This document shows positions 1 through 9,275 of a stretch of 64,000 nucleotides of DNA, one piece after another; within the stretch, counting starts at the first letter, position 1, and each line of letters starts with the position of its first letter. The DNA comes from Planctomycetota bacterium (GTDB taxonomy: Bacteria; Planctomycetota; B15-G4; JADJEK01), in NCBI GenBank assembly GCA_044225365.1, contig JBGAIQ010000020.1:1-64000 (forward strand). The letters run 5' to 3'. Both the position numbers and the translations under genes were made by a program. The notes under the pieces were generated by a model. The model was not told the origin of the DNA. It ran no database searches and worked only from the letters and a program-made list of their open reading frames with translations.

Positions 1-49
1 TGGATTGCCTGCGGCGGCGGAGGTCGTGCGCTCGACGTGGTGGGCGCAA

Positions 50-316
50 GGAAGCTCCGCTCGGCTCCGCGCGCGGAGTACCGCGCATGCTCCGCTCGCG
101 GACTTCCTCGCGCCGCCCACTGTGAGCGTTTTTTGAAAGAGGAAGAGATATGCGGAGTGCCGGGCTCCGCCCGGCAACCTTATGAGATGCCGGGCGGAGC
201 CCGGCGTTCCTTATTGAATCTCTTCTCCCCCATTCGCTCCTAGAGGGATGCGCGAGCGGGAGTCCGTTCGCGAAGCATGCGCGGTCTTCCGCGCGCGGAG
301 TCGAACGGAGCTCCCC
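50..316. repeat. Composite palindromic repeat cluster: two inverted copies of a ~60-nt hairpin element (50-107, 258-316) enclosing two inverted GCCGGGCTCYGCCCGGC palindromes (159-176, 186-210)
   Basis: Direct comparison; both element types recur at 49210-49425. Confidence 0.85.
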
Positions 317-396
317 GAGCGCACACCTCGTAGAGCGCAAACACTACGCCGCCGCAGGCAACACCAACACAGTGCCCGCACGGCTGGCGGGCGAAC

Positions 397-567
397 GCCA
401 GGACGGCCCTGCGGCCCGAGCGATATGGGGGCCAGTTCGCGGCCCGAGCGAAAGGCCCGCGCGGCCTGAGCGCAACGCCCCCTCGGCAGCCAGGACGGCC
501 CTGCGGCCAGAGCGATATGGGGGCCAGTTCGCGGCCCGAGCGAAAGGCCCGCGCGGCCTGAGCGCAA
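397..567. repeat. Tandem direct duplication of a 79-bp unit (397-475, 489-567)
   Basis: GCCAGGACGGCCCTGCGGCC(C/A)GAGCGATATGGGGGCCAGTTCGCGGCCCGAGCGAAAGGCCCGCGCGGCCTGAGCGCAA twice, 1 mismatch, 13-bp spacer. Confidence 0.95.
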
Positions 568-574
568 GGGCTCG

Positions 575-1900
575 TCAGAACCCTCCGAAGATGAACGAGC
601 CGAGCGAGGTGACGGGGGCGGCTTCGCGCGCGTCCTCGATGATGCCGAGGGTTGCGGAGAGCAGGCGGTCCATCTTCTTCTTGGCGTTCGGGTCGTTGAT
701 GAGCCAGCCGAGGACGCCGGTGCTGTTCGCGACGGGGTCTATGACCTTGGTCTCGATCTTCGTGGCGATGTTCTTGAAGCTCGTGACGCCTTCCCTGACG
801 CTGTCGCCGAGGTCGCCCTTGAACGCCTGGAAGATCAGCGACTTCTCGTTGTGGTTGGCCTCGTGCGCGAGCGACGCGAAGTCGTCGACGAGGGCCTTGG
901 CCTTGCTGCCGAGCGTGTCGTCGCCCTCGGCGAACATGCGGCCGACGAACGAGTCGTTGCGCTTCAGCTTGTCGGTGGCCCCGCTGATGTCGCCGAGGAT
1001 CTTGTCGAAGTCGGACTTCAGCTTCGAGTTCTTGGTGACGAGCCCGCCGATCAATGTGTCCGGATCGTTCGCCGAGTCGGAGAACGACTTGAAGTTGGCG
1101 ACAGCGTCGTTGACGTTCTTGCGCAGCGGGGTGTTGTCGGCGACGAGGTCGTGAACGAGGCTGTTCTCCTTGTTCAGGTTCTTCGTGAAGGCCGAGACAT
1201 CAGTAAGCACGCCGTCGATCTTGTCGCGAGCGGCGGAGTCGGCGAGCAGCATGCCGAGGGGCGACTTCTTCGGATCGGTGCCGGTCTCGATCGCGCTCTT
1301 GACGCGCTTCACGATGTCGCGGAAATCGGCCTGATTGCTGTCGACGAACTCGCCGATCGCGGTGATCGGATGGGGGTGCCGCTTGCCGTAGAACTTGATC
1401 GCTTTGAGATCCTCGGGCTTGTTCGGGTCGATGTTGAGCGCGCCTTCTTCGCGCGGACGGATCGCCGCGTTCGGATCGCCGGGGAGGATCGTGACCACCT
1501 TGCCGCCGAGCAGGTTCGCGTCTTCGGCGTACACGATGTAGCCCTCGCGCAGATCGAGCGGATAGTCGAGTTCGAGCGTGACGAGCACGTGGGGCTCGAA
1601 GGTCTCCTTCGCCTTGCCGGTGATGCCGAGCTGACTCTCGACGTCGATCTTCGCGTCGCGCCAGACCGTGGTGGAGATCGGGTCGACCTTCGCCACACGT
1701 CCCCAGTTGTTGCCGTAGACCAGGACGCGGTCTTCCTTCTTCACGCCGTTGATGTCTTCGAAGAGCACGGGGAGGTAATTGCGGCTGCCGACGCCCGGCC
1801 AGTTGCGCAACTGCGTCGTGATCCAGACCAGTCCGATCACGATGCCGAAGAAGAACAGGCCAAGGATCAGGTCACGTGCGGTGGTCTTCGGGCTCGTCAC
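575..1900 (-). CDS. mlaD: MCE/MlaD-family protein with long helical repeat C-terminus
   Basis: N-terminal TM, MCE motif F-x-D-x-x-G-V...V-x-V-x-G-x-x-x-G-x-V and LLGGKVV-x-I-x-PG; downstream of mlaE/mlaF. Confidence 0.85.
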   Translation of the reverse strand: MTSPKTTARDLILGLFFFGIVIGLVWITTQLRNWPGVGSRNYLPVLFEDINGVKKEDRVLVYGNNWGRVAKVDPISTTVWRDAKIDVESQLGITGKAKETFEPHVLVTLELDYPLDLREGYIVYAEDANLLGGKVVTILPGDPNAAIRPREEGALNIDPNKPEDLKAIKFYGKRHPHPITAIGEFVDSNQADFRDIVKRVKSAIETGTDPKKSPLGMLLADSAARDKIDGVLTDVSAFTKNLNKENSLVHDLVADNTPLRKNVNDAVANFKSFSDSANDPDTLIGGLVTKNSKLKSDFDKILGDISGATDKLKRNDSFVGRMFAEGDDTLGSKAKALVDDFASLAHEANHNEKSLIFQAFKGDLGDSVREGVTSFKNIATKIETKVIDPVANSTGVLGWLINDPNAKKKMDRLLSATLGIIEDAREAAPVTSLGSFIFGGF

Positions 1901-1945
1901 AATCGTCTCCTACGTCGTCCCATTCGCCGGGGTCGCGCCGCGACT

Positions 1946-2740
1946 TCAGGTCGTCGTGATATCCAGTTGAGTCACGGTGCCGACGCCCGTCTCTTCGTCG
2001 ATCGACTTGAAGGGGCGGCCTTCCAGGAAGTCACGAACCACGGGATTGCGCGAGGCGCGCAGCTTCTCGGGTTCGTCGATCTCGAGCAGGCGACCGAGAT
2101 GCATGAAACCGATCCGGTCCGCCACGTTGAAGGCGAGATGCAGATCGTGGGTCACCACGATCGTCGTCACGCCGAAGCGGGCCTGAACGTCGTTGATCAA
2201 GTTGCCGATCGTTGCCGACATGCGCGGATCGAGGCCGGCCGTCGGTTCGTCGTAGAGCAGCAGGCGCGGTTCTTGCACCAGCACCCGCGCGAGCGCCGCG
2301 CGCTTCTTCATGCCGCCCGAGATCTCGGACGGGTACTTGTGCACCTCGCTTGCCATGTTCACGAGCGAGAGTTTCTCGTACACCATCTTCTGGATCTGCG
2401 CGGAGGTGAGGCCGCGCTTGCGGTTCTCGTAGAGCGGGAGCGCGACGTTCTGCCCGACCGTCATCCAGTTGAGCAAGGCGCCGTTCTGGAACATGTAGCC
2501 GATCTGACCGCGGACTTCGCGGATCTGCTCGCGCGAGGCCGCGACGACGTCGGTGTCGTTCACCATCACGCGTCCGGAGTCGGGGCTGAGCAATCCGACG
2601 ATGTGCTTCAACGAGACGCTCTTGCCCGCGCCCGAGGGGCCCATGATCACGAACGTCTCGCCGGTCCGCACCTCGAGGTTGTAATCGATGAGGACCTTGC
2701 GGCCGCTGAACGACTTGTAGACGTGTTCGAGTCGGATCAT
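1946..2740 (-). CDS. mlaF: ABC transporter ATP-binding subunit (MlaF/Mkl family)
   Basis: GPSGAGKS, ISGGMKKR, YDEPTAGLDP, VTHD; ATG at 2740 overlaps the mlaE stop. Confidence 0.93.
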   Translation of the reverse strand: MIRLEHVYKSFSGRKVLIDYNLEVRTGETFVIMGPSGAGKSVSLKHIVGLLSPDSGRVMVNDTDVVAASREQIREVRGQIGYMFQNGALLNWMTVGQNVALPLYENRKRGLTSAQIQKMVYEKLSLVNMASEVHKYPSEISGGMKKRAALARVLVQEPRLLLYDEPTAGLDPRMSATIGNLINDVQARFGVTTIVVTHDLHLAFNVADRIGFMHLGRLLEIDEPEKLRASRNPVVRDFLEGRPFKSIDEETGVGTVTQLDITTT

Positions 2741-3525
2741 GGGTAGAAGGCCCACGTCATGAAGTAGCCGAAGATGATCACGAGGATGAAGCACGTGACG
2801 ACGGCGCCGCGCGTCTGGCGGCCGACGCCGAGCGCGCCGTTCTCGGTTCGCAGGCCGTACGAGCAACCGACGACGGCGATCGTGATGCCGTAGACGAATG
2901 CCTTGATGAGTCCCACGAACAGGTCTTTCGGCAGCGGAACGGCGAGGAACGGCGAAGTCAGCGATTCCTGGACGTTTCGCAGGTAGAGGCTCCATGGGAT
3001 CTGGAGCTGTGCCTCACTGATGAATCCACCGCCGACGATCCCGACCGCATCGGTGATGAAGGTCAGCACGGGGCACATGATCGCGAGCGCGATCAGTCGC
3101 GGGAGGACGAGGAAGTCGACCGAATCGATCGACATGCACTCGATCGCATCGATCTCTTCGGAGACCGTCATCGTTCCGAGTTCGGCGGCCATCGCCGATC
3201 CCACGCTCGCCGTGAGGATGAGCGCCGTGATGAAGGGGCCCATCTCGCGACACAGGACGATGCCGATGATGTCCGCGATCTTCTCGCGCTGGCCGAATCG
3301 ATCGAGTTCGAGCCCCGTCTGATAGGCGAGGAGGATGCCGGTGAAGATCGCGACGATCACGACGACGGGGAGCGGCTTCACACCGCAACCGTAGAGCTGA
3401 TCGAAGATCATGCGGACGCGACGGAATGCGCGGTGCAGCACACCGAGTGCGCGGAACAACAACTGAACGGTGTAGCCGGCTCCGGTGAGCGACTCTCTTA
3501 GGAAGCTGGTGGCGAGTTGGAGCAT
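2737..3525 (-). CDS. mlaE: ABC transporter permease MlaE family
   Basis: REMGP, GSAMAAELGTM-x-x-SEEIDA, PRLIAL, GVG-x-x-T-x-x-AVV motifs. Confidence 0.95.
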   Translation of the reverse strand: MLQLATSFLRESLTGAGYTVQLLFRALGVLHRAFRRVRMIFDQLYGCGVKPLPVVVIVAIFTGILLAYQTGLELDRFGQREKIADIIGIVLCREMGPFITALILTASVGSAMAAELGTMTVSEEIDAIECMSIDSVDFLVLPRLIALAIMCPVLTFITDAVGIVGGGFISEAQLQIPWSLYLRNVQESLTSPFLAVPLPKDLFVGLIKAFVYGITIAVVGCSYGLRTENGALGVGRQTRGAVVTCFILVIIFGYFMTWAFYP

Positions 3526-3540
3526 TCGCGTCGATCGCTC

Positions 3541-5505
3541 TCAGCCGGAGGAGGAGGATCCGAGCGGAATCGGGATCCAGAACAGTCGCATCGTCTTGCT
3601 CTTCGGAGTCCCATCCAGAGCGTCTTCGCCCTCGATTCCGAAGAGGCCGAACAAGAAGCGGTGAGTGTAGTGACTCGAAGTGTCATCGCGAAGGGTTCGT
3701 CCCGTGTAAAGCACGGGAATGCTCACCGTGTTCTCCGTCGCGTCGTGATACCACTTCACGAGTGTGAACAGCGCGGTGTGCTGCGTGCCGCCACCCTCGG
3801 CGTCGGACTTGCGCTTGTAGCCGTAGAGGTTCACGAACGGCAGCCACGCGTCGTTGAAGTCCTTCACGAACCGTTCGACGCGCAGCGGCAGCAGCGAGAA
3901 GATGTGCGAGTCGGCCGAGCCGTCCGCGTTCTGCTCGAACGAGAAGAGCGGCCACAGCTTCGTGAAGTAATCGACCTTGCCGGTCTCGTTGCCCTTCGCG
4001 TCGAGGTAGTACCGGTCGAAGTTCATGAAGAACGGCACGAGCACGTAGTACGACTTGTCGTGGTAGCGCTTCACGGGCCAGCGCTCCTTCTCGTCGGTCC
4101 ACGTCTTCACGCTCGGATCGGGACTGTTCGCGGTCTCGGCCCACCACGCGTCGCGCTTCCAGAAGAGGATCGGCTGCAGGATCGCGAGCGAGTCGATGCG
4201 GTCGTCGGTCTTCGTCTCGGGCAGCGTGTGGTACTCGGCCCACAGGAGCAGCAGGATGCGCTGGCGCCAGTAGTCCTGCGTCCGGATGTAGCGGTAGATG
4301 AGCTGCGTGCCGATGTCGCGCAGGATGTTGGTGTGCTCGGAGTCGTGGGCCCCGTCTTCGGTGACCGCCTGCTCCTTCGCGTAGGCTTCATCCGCCTTCT
4401 TGTCCGCCTCCGCCGTCGCGCGCTTCCTCGCGTCCTCGCCGTTCGCGGTTTCCTTGCCCTCGATCGGGGCGTCCAACATCAGATTGTCGAACGTGATGTC
4501 GGAGCGATCCTTCGCGATCTTGTCCTTGTAGGACTGCCGCATCCACGGATACTCGCGATGCACCCGATAGAAGGGCCAGAGGTAGGTCTCGTACTCGTGG
4601 TCGTACGACCACTCGCGCTTGTAGAACGGCCACACCGCGACGAGGTGGGTGTCTCTGTTGGGGCCGCGATCCATATCCATGTGGTAGATGTGGATGAACG
4701 GCCAGAGGTACATTCGCTTGTCGTACGACGGCAGCGGCTCGTTGGGATCGACGTCCGGCGCGTAGTACGGAGCCTGGTGCGGCGGGTAGGTCCAGAGGCT
4801 CTGTGCGTAGAGCGGGATGATGTGCCACGAGCCGCCGCGTGGTACGCCTGTCGTCCAACCGAAGAGGAGCGCGATCGAGTTGAATTCCTCTTCGGGTTCC
4901 TCGCGGAACACACGCTTCGTGAGGCGCTGCAGGATCGGCCAGCCAAGGAAGTCGATGTGGTCGTAGCCGATGAACGAATCGATGCGGCCCGCAAGCGGGA
5001 ACAGCGCGAAGTAGTGATCGTCGCGTTCGCCGATTCCACGGATCGAGTCGTCGATGTGCGTCGAGCCGTACCACACGAAGATCGACAATTGGAAGTCGTA
5101 GTCGTCGTGACCCGGCGCGGTCTGCGTGTGCGTCGACCAGAACAGCGGCACGAAGCGCAACTGCGTCGTGCGCGGATTGCTGTGGTACTTGCCGAACGGG
5201 GCGATGTACGAGACGACGGTCTCGCGCTCACCCGCCTTGCCCTCCGCCCAGTCTCGATTCTCCGCGGTGAAGAACGGCCGCACGCCGTAGAAGTGGAGAC
5301 TCGGCGTCTCGACGTCGGGGATGATCGGACCGAGGATGTCGGTGTCGCGGAGTTGCGCGCCCGGATGGGCGAGGTTGCGAGCGAGCGGCGAGAGATCGAG
5401 GTCACCTTCGATCGTCGAAGAGCATCCCGCGAGTACGGACGACACGAGGACGCAGGCCGATGCGAGCGATCGATTCGTGCGTCGTGAGTGGGGCTGTCGG
5501 GCCAT
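3541..5505 (-). CDS. Hypothetical aromatic-rich lipoprotein with ~16 hydrophobic-W/x-P-F/L repeats
   Basis: Signal peptide ending LAGC (lipobox) from the ATG at 5505; 15 bp upstream of mlaE; start uncertain. Confidence 0.75.
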   Translation of the reverse strand: MARQPHSRRTNRSLASACVLVSSVLAGCSSTIEGDLDLSPLARNLAHPGAQLRDTDILGPIIPDVETPSLHFYGVRPFFTAENRDWAEGKAGERETVVSYIAPFGKYHSNPRTTQLRFVPLFWSTHTQTAPGHDDYDFQLSIFVWYGSTHIDDSIRGIGERDDHYFALFPLAGRIDSFIGYDHIDFLGWPILQRLTKRVFREEPEEEFNSIALLFGWTTGVPRGGSWHIIPLYAQSLWTYPPHQAPYYAPDVDPNEPLPSYDKRMYLWPFIHIYHMDMDRGPNRDTHLVAVWPFYKREWSYDHEYETYLWPFYRVHREYPWMRQSYKDKIAKDRSDITFDNLMLDAPIEGKETANGEDARKRATAEADKKADEAYAKEQAVTEDGAHDSEHTNILRDIGTQLIYRYIRTQDYWRQRILLLLWAEYHTLPETKTDDRIDSLAILQPILFWKRDAWWAETANSPDPSVKTWTDEKERWPVKRYHDKSYYVLVPFFMNFDRYYLDAKGNETGKVDYFTKLWPLFSFEQNADGSADSHIFSLLPLRVERFVKDFNDAWLPFVNLYGYKRKSDAEGGGTQHTALFTLVKWYHDATENTVSIPVLYTGRTLRDDTSSHYTHRFLFGLFGIEGEDALDGTPKSKTMRLFWIPIPLGSSSSG

Positions 5506-5740
5506 CCGCGCCGTCGCTCGAGTGAGATGGAACAGGGTGCGCAACGTCATCCGGCGGCTGCTCGGTATCCCGCGAGGAAGTGAAGGATCTCCGCGGTGGA
5601 CGATATGCACGACCTCCCCGGAACTCAATTGAAATTTCGCGTGCGACGAAGCACGACGTCGGCAGAATCAAAACTGCGGCGGATTCGACGCGACGCGACA
5701 CGATCGCGCTCCGCGGATCGACGCAGCAGGAGCGAAGCGC

Positions 5741-6292
5741 ATGATGGCGGGCGGACGAATTCGATCGGGTGCATGGGTCGGCGTGCTTCTCGCGGTCCCA
5801 CTGCTTGCTGGAGCCTGTACCACGGAAGTGGAGGGGCCACCGATGATCACGCTTCCGAAGGAGGCGTATCGCTACGAGCGGTTCATCGAGGCAACGACGT
5901 TCCTCGACGCCGACACCGTGACCATCCAGGCGCTCACGTCGTATCGTAAGGACGTCGGGATCGCGACCGATCGCGATCTGCATCTGCGCCGGGAACTGAA
6001 GGACCGCATCGAGATCGAGAACAAGGATCCCGATGCCCCCGGCAATCCGATCAAGGTGTCCTTGCGCAATCTGCACATCTCGGCGCGCAAATCGATCTCG
6101 ATCGTCTTCAGCGATCTCCCGCTGATCCGGAAGGAGCCGGAGCCCGTGCTCGTCCTCGTCGAAGCGGAAGGGCTCGTCCATCTGCGGGGCGATGGCGTCG
6201 ATCTCCACTCCGATCGCGTCATCGTGCGCAACGACGAAGCGAAGGCGTTCGACGCGCACGGAGCGCCGACGCTCGCGCCACCGAAACGCTGA
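5741..6292 (+). CDS. Hypothetical lipoprotein, beta-rich
   Basis: Hydrophobic leader ending LAGAC; host-like codon use; 7 bp before the next gene. Confidence 0.7.
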   Translation: MMAGGRIRSGAWVGVLLAVPLLAGACTTEVEGPPMITLPKEAYRYERFIEATTFLDADTVTIQALTSYRKDVGIATDRDLHLRRELKDRIEIENKDPDAPGNPIKVSLRNLHISARKSISIVFSDLPLIRKEPEPVLVLVEAEGLVHLRGDGVDLHSDRVIVRNDEAKAFDAHGAPTLAPPKR

Positions 6293-6299
6293 CGCAGCC

Positions 6300-7331
6300 A
6301 TGGCCCCGCGGAGAGGAGTCCTCGTCGCCCTCCTGTTCCAGGCGCTCGGTCTTGCCGGGTGCACCGCGCCGTGTCTTCCATTGCTCTCCGACGACGTGCT
6401 GCCCAAGGACGCGCAGCTCACGCTCGACGACGCTGAATCGACGCTGCGGGCCGGCGATGCCGCGCGCGCGCTCGTCCTCTTTCGCCAGATCGTCGAACTT
6501 CACCCGAATCACTATCGGGCGCTCCGGGGAGAGCAGGAGTCGATGATCCTGCTCGGTCGCGACGCCGAGGCGAACGAACTCGCGGCCGCCCGGGAACGGA
6601 CCGAGCACGACGCGACCGCGTCGCTGCTCGTCGCCCGAGTCGCTCCCGACGAGGCGACCGCCGACCGCGCGGTCGACGAAGCGCTCGAGCGCGATCCGAA
6701 GAACGCCCATGCGCGACTCGCGCTCGGAGTGCGGTTCGCGCGCGATGGAGACTACGGGAAGGCCGAGACCGCGTTCGACGAAGCGCTGCGCGGATGCAGT
6801 CCGCCCGCGGAGGCCGCGCTCGCGCGCGCTCGAGTGCGAGCGCTCGAAGGCCGCTTTCGCGAAGCCGCCGCAGACTATCGCACCTACATCGAGCGGGCAC
6901 CGCGCGATCTGTTCGTGATGCATGAACTCGCGTCGCTCTACCACCGCGAACTCGCCGACACAGTGGCGGCCGAGGCAATCTACAACCGAATGCTCGGCGT
7001 CGATCCGAAGTCGCCCGAAGCGATCGTCGGGATCGCCGTCATCGCGACGGCTCGTCGCGACTACGAGGGCGCCGAGCGGCTCTATCTCTCGGTATGCGAG
7101 ATCGAGCCCGTCGCGCTCGTGAACCTCGGACTGCTGTATCGCGATCGACTCGGGCGACCGGAGGACGCTCTGCGCTGCTTCGAGAGCTTCCTCGCGTTCA
7201 ACGGTCCGCGCGCCGGCAATCGCGCGATCGGCGATCAACTGTTCGTCGTTCCGGGTTACGTCGAGGAACTGAAGGCGCAGATCGGCGCGGCGAAGTCGTC
7301 GGCCGCCGGGACTGCGAGCGTGTCGAAGTGA
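6300..7331 (+). CDS. Tetratricopeptide-repeat lipoprotein
   Basis: LAGC lipobox; repeated TPR helices (e.g. ALERDPKNAHARLALG, ALVNLGLLY). Confidence 0.8.
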   Translation: MAPRRGVLVALLFQALGLAGCTAPCLPLLSDDVLPKDAQLTLDDAESTLRAGDAARALVLFRQIVELHPNHYRALRGEQESMILLGRDAEANELAAARERTEHDATASLLVARVAPDEATADRAVDEALERDPKNAHARLALGVRFARDGDYGKAETAFDEALRGCSPPAEAALARARVRALEGRFREAAADYRTYIERAPRDLFVMHELASLYHRELADTVAAEAIYNRMLGVDPKSPEAIVGIAVIATARRDYEGAERLYLSVCEIEPVALVNLGLLYRDRLGRPEDALRCFESFLAFNGPRAGNRAIGDQLFVVPGYVEELKAQIGAAKSSAAGTASVSK

Positions 7332-7813
7332 TCGCCGTCCTCCAACGCGTGTCGCGGGCTTGCGTGCGAGTCGATGGGGAGGTCGTCGGAAAGATCGCCG
7401 ACGGATTCCTCGCTCTCGTTGGTGTGCGAGTCGGCGACGAGGCCGAGGACGCGGATGTCCTCGCGGACCGCGTCGCGAAGCTGCGGGTCTTCGAGGATTC
7501 CGCCGGGAAGATGAATCTCAGTCTTCTCGATCGCGGTTTGCCCGTCCTTGCCGTCTCGCAGTTCACGCTTTGCGCCGATGTGAAGAAGGGTCGCCGCCCC
7601 AGCTTCGACGCAGCGGCGCGCCCGGAGCAGGCTCTGCCGCGCTTCGAGAGATTTTGCCAAGCTCTTGAAAATATGGGGGTTAGAGTCGAGCAGGGGCGCT
7701 TTCAGGCGACGATGGAGGTCGAGCTCGTCAATGCGGGTCCGGCGACTTTCTACCTCGATTCTTCGACCTGGCGCTCCGCGCCATCGCATCCCGGACCCGC
7801 CGACGGCGCGTAA
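7328..7813 (+). CDS. dtd: D-aminoacyl-tRNA deacylase
   Basis: VLQRV, GKMNLS, SQFTL, GRRPSF, GRFQA-x-M-x-V-x-LVN-x-GP; GTG overlaps the upstream TGA. Confidence 0.95.
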   Translation: MIAVLQRVSRACVRVDGEVVGKIADGFLALVGVRVGDEAEDADVLADRVAKLRVFEDSAGKMNLSLLDRGLPVLAVSQFTLCADVKKGRRPSFDAAARPEQALPRFERFCQALENMGVRVEQGRFQATMEVELVNAGPATFYLDSSTWRSAPSHPGPADGA

Positions 7814-7972
7814 ATTCTTTCTTGACCACAGCTTGATTCTGACTAGCCTCGCTCCGATATAAGGGTTGCGCGAGCGGACCATTCGCTCGCGCGAGTACGT
7901 CGGGAGGGTCGATGCGGTCGCCCCCCAAATGATCGCAGTGGACCGCAGGCAGTGACAGCGAAAGGCTATGCG

Positions 7973-8332
7973 ATGGCCACCATCACGAAAAAAGAACTCG
8001 TGAATCGGATCGCGGATCGAACCGACCAGACCAAGGTCATCACCAAAGACATCATCCAGATGTTCCTCGACGAGATCATTCATGAGCTCGCGAGTGGCAA
8101 TCGTCTGGAGTTCCGCGACTTCGGTGTCTTCGAGGTGAAGTTCCGCAAGGCGCGTCGCGCGCAGAACCCGCGGACCCTCGAGAAAGTCGATGTGCCGCCG
8201 AAGAAGGTCGTCAAGTTCAAGGTCGGCCGCGTGATGCGCGAGAAGGTCGGGCTGGAACTCGCGCCGGGCGAGATGGCCGAGCCGCCGGGTGCGCCCGGTT
8301 CCGCCGACCCTGCGGGTGACGACGACGACTGA
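7973..8332 (+). CDS. HU/IHF family DNA-binding protein with Pro/acidic tail
   Basis: TKKELV, FGVF, RRAQNPRT, VKFK motifs. Confidence 0.93.
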   Translation: MATITKKELVNRIADRTDQTKVITKDIIQMFLDEIIHELASGNRLEFRDFGVFEVKFRKARRAQNPRTLEKVDVPPKKVVKFKVGRVMREKVGLELAPGEMAEPPGAPGSADPAGDDDD

Positions 8333-8351
8333 GTCCGGCTCTCGGATCCGC

Positions 8352-9215
8352 TCAGGGCGCGCGCCGCGCGATCGAATCCGCCAAGAGTCCGACGAGGAAG
8401 ACGATTCCGGTCGCGAGCGACAGGATCACGGTCTTGTCGGAGAGCCCCGTCGAGCGCCCGAGGTCGGTGAGAGCGGTCGCAGCACTCGTGAGGAAGAGCA
8501 CGAGTGCGAGCGGGAGGAAGATCTTCAGCGGGTTGAAGTAGGTGGTGATCCGCAGGATCAACATCATGAAGAGGTACGTGTCGCGCAGTGGACGGATCTT
8601 CGAGCTGCCTTCGCGCTTGAAGTAGTCGATCGGCACGAACTTCACGAGATAGTCCGCATTCAGCATCGCGAGCGTGATCGTCGTCGTGAACGAGAAGCCT
8701 GACGGATACAGGTGCATGAAGCGCAGCGCGACGTCCTTCTTGAACACGCGCAGGCCGGAGTTGAGATCCGGGATCCTCTGTCCGGTGAGGATGTTCGCGA
8801 GCACGTTCAGGATCTTCTTCGCCGGTTTGCGGACGAGTGGGATCGCGACGTTCAGGCCCGTTCGCGCGCCGACGACCATGTCGTAGCGGCCGATTCCGGA
8901 GAGGAGCTCGGGGATCCGATCGTTCGGGTAGGTGCCGTCGGCGTCGGTGATGCAGATGATCGGCGCGTCGGAATTGCGGATCCCGGTCTTCAAGGAAGCG
9001 CCGTAGCCGCGATTCGTGTCGTGACGGAGGACACGAACGCCCTGGAACTTCTCGGCATTCGCGGCGGTCGCGTCCTGCGAGCCGTCGTCGACGACGATCA
9101 CTTCGGCCTCGATCGAACGCGCGATCGGAAGGAGTTGCTCGAGCGTCGGCCCGATGCCGCGCTCTTCGTTGTAGGCCGGAATGATGATCGACAGTTTCGG
9201 ATTCATCGCGCTCAC
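8352..9215 (-). CDS. Glycosyltransferase family 2 (DPM-synthase-like) with C-terminal TM helices
   Basis: IIIPAYNEE, VDDGSQD, NRGYG, DADG. Confidence 0.92.
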   Translation of the reverse strand: MSAMNPKLSIIIPAYNEERGIGPTLEQLLPIARSIEAEVIVVDDGSQDATAANAEKFQGVRVLRHDTNRGYGASLKTGIRNSDAPIICITDADGTYPNDRIPELLSGIGRYDMVVGARTGLNVAIPLVRKPAKKILNVLANILTGQRIPDLNSGLRVFKKDVALRFMHLYPSGFSFTTTITLAMLNADYLVKFVPIDYFKREGSSKIRPLRDTYLFMMLILRITTYFNPLKIFLPLALVLFLTSAATALTDLGRSTGLSDKTVILSLATGIVFLVGLLADSIARRAP

Positions 9216-9275
9216 GGGGACATCATCGGAGATTCACGATACGAATCCTGACCGCTCCCGAAGGAAGGCAGGAGA

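Noticed and set aside
50-107. Bulged hairpin as an integron attC site
   Set aside because: No RYYYAAC/GTTRRRY core sites and no cassette organisation
37-567. Short ORFs at 37-567 and 49053-49574 with similar peptides (ESVREACAV...)
   Set aside because: The similarity comes from translating the shared palindromic DNA repeat; no coding evidence
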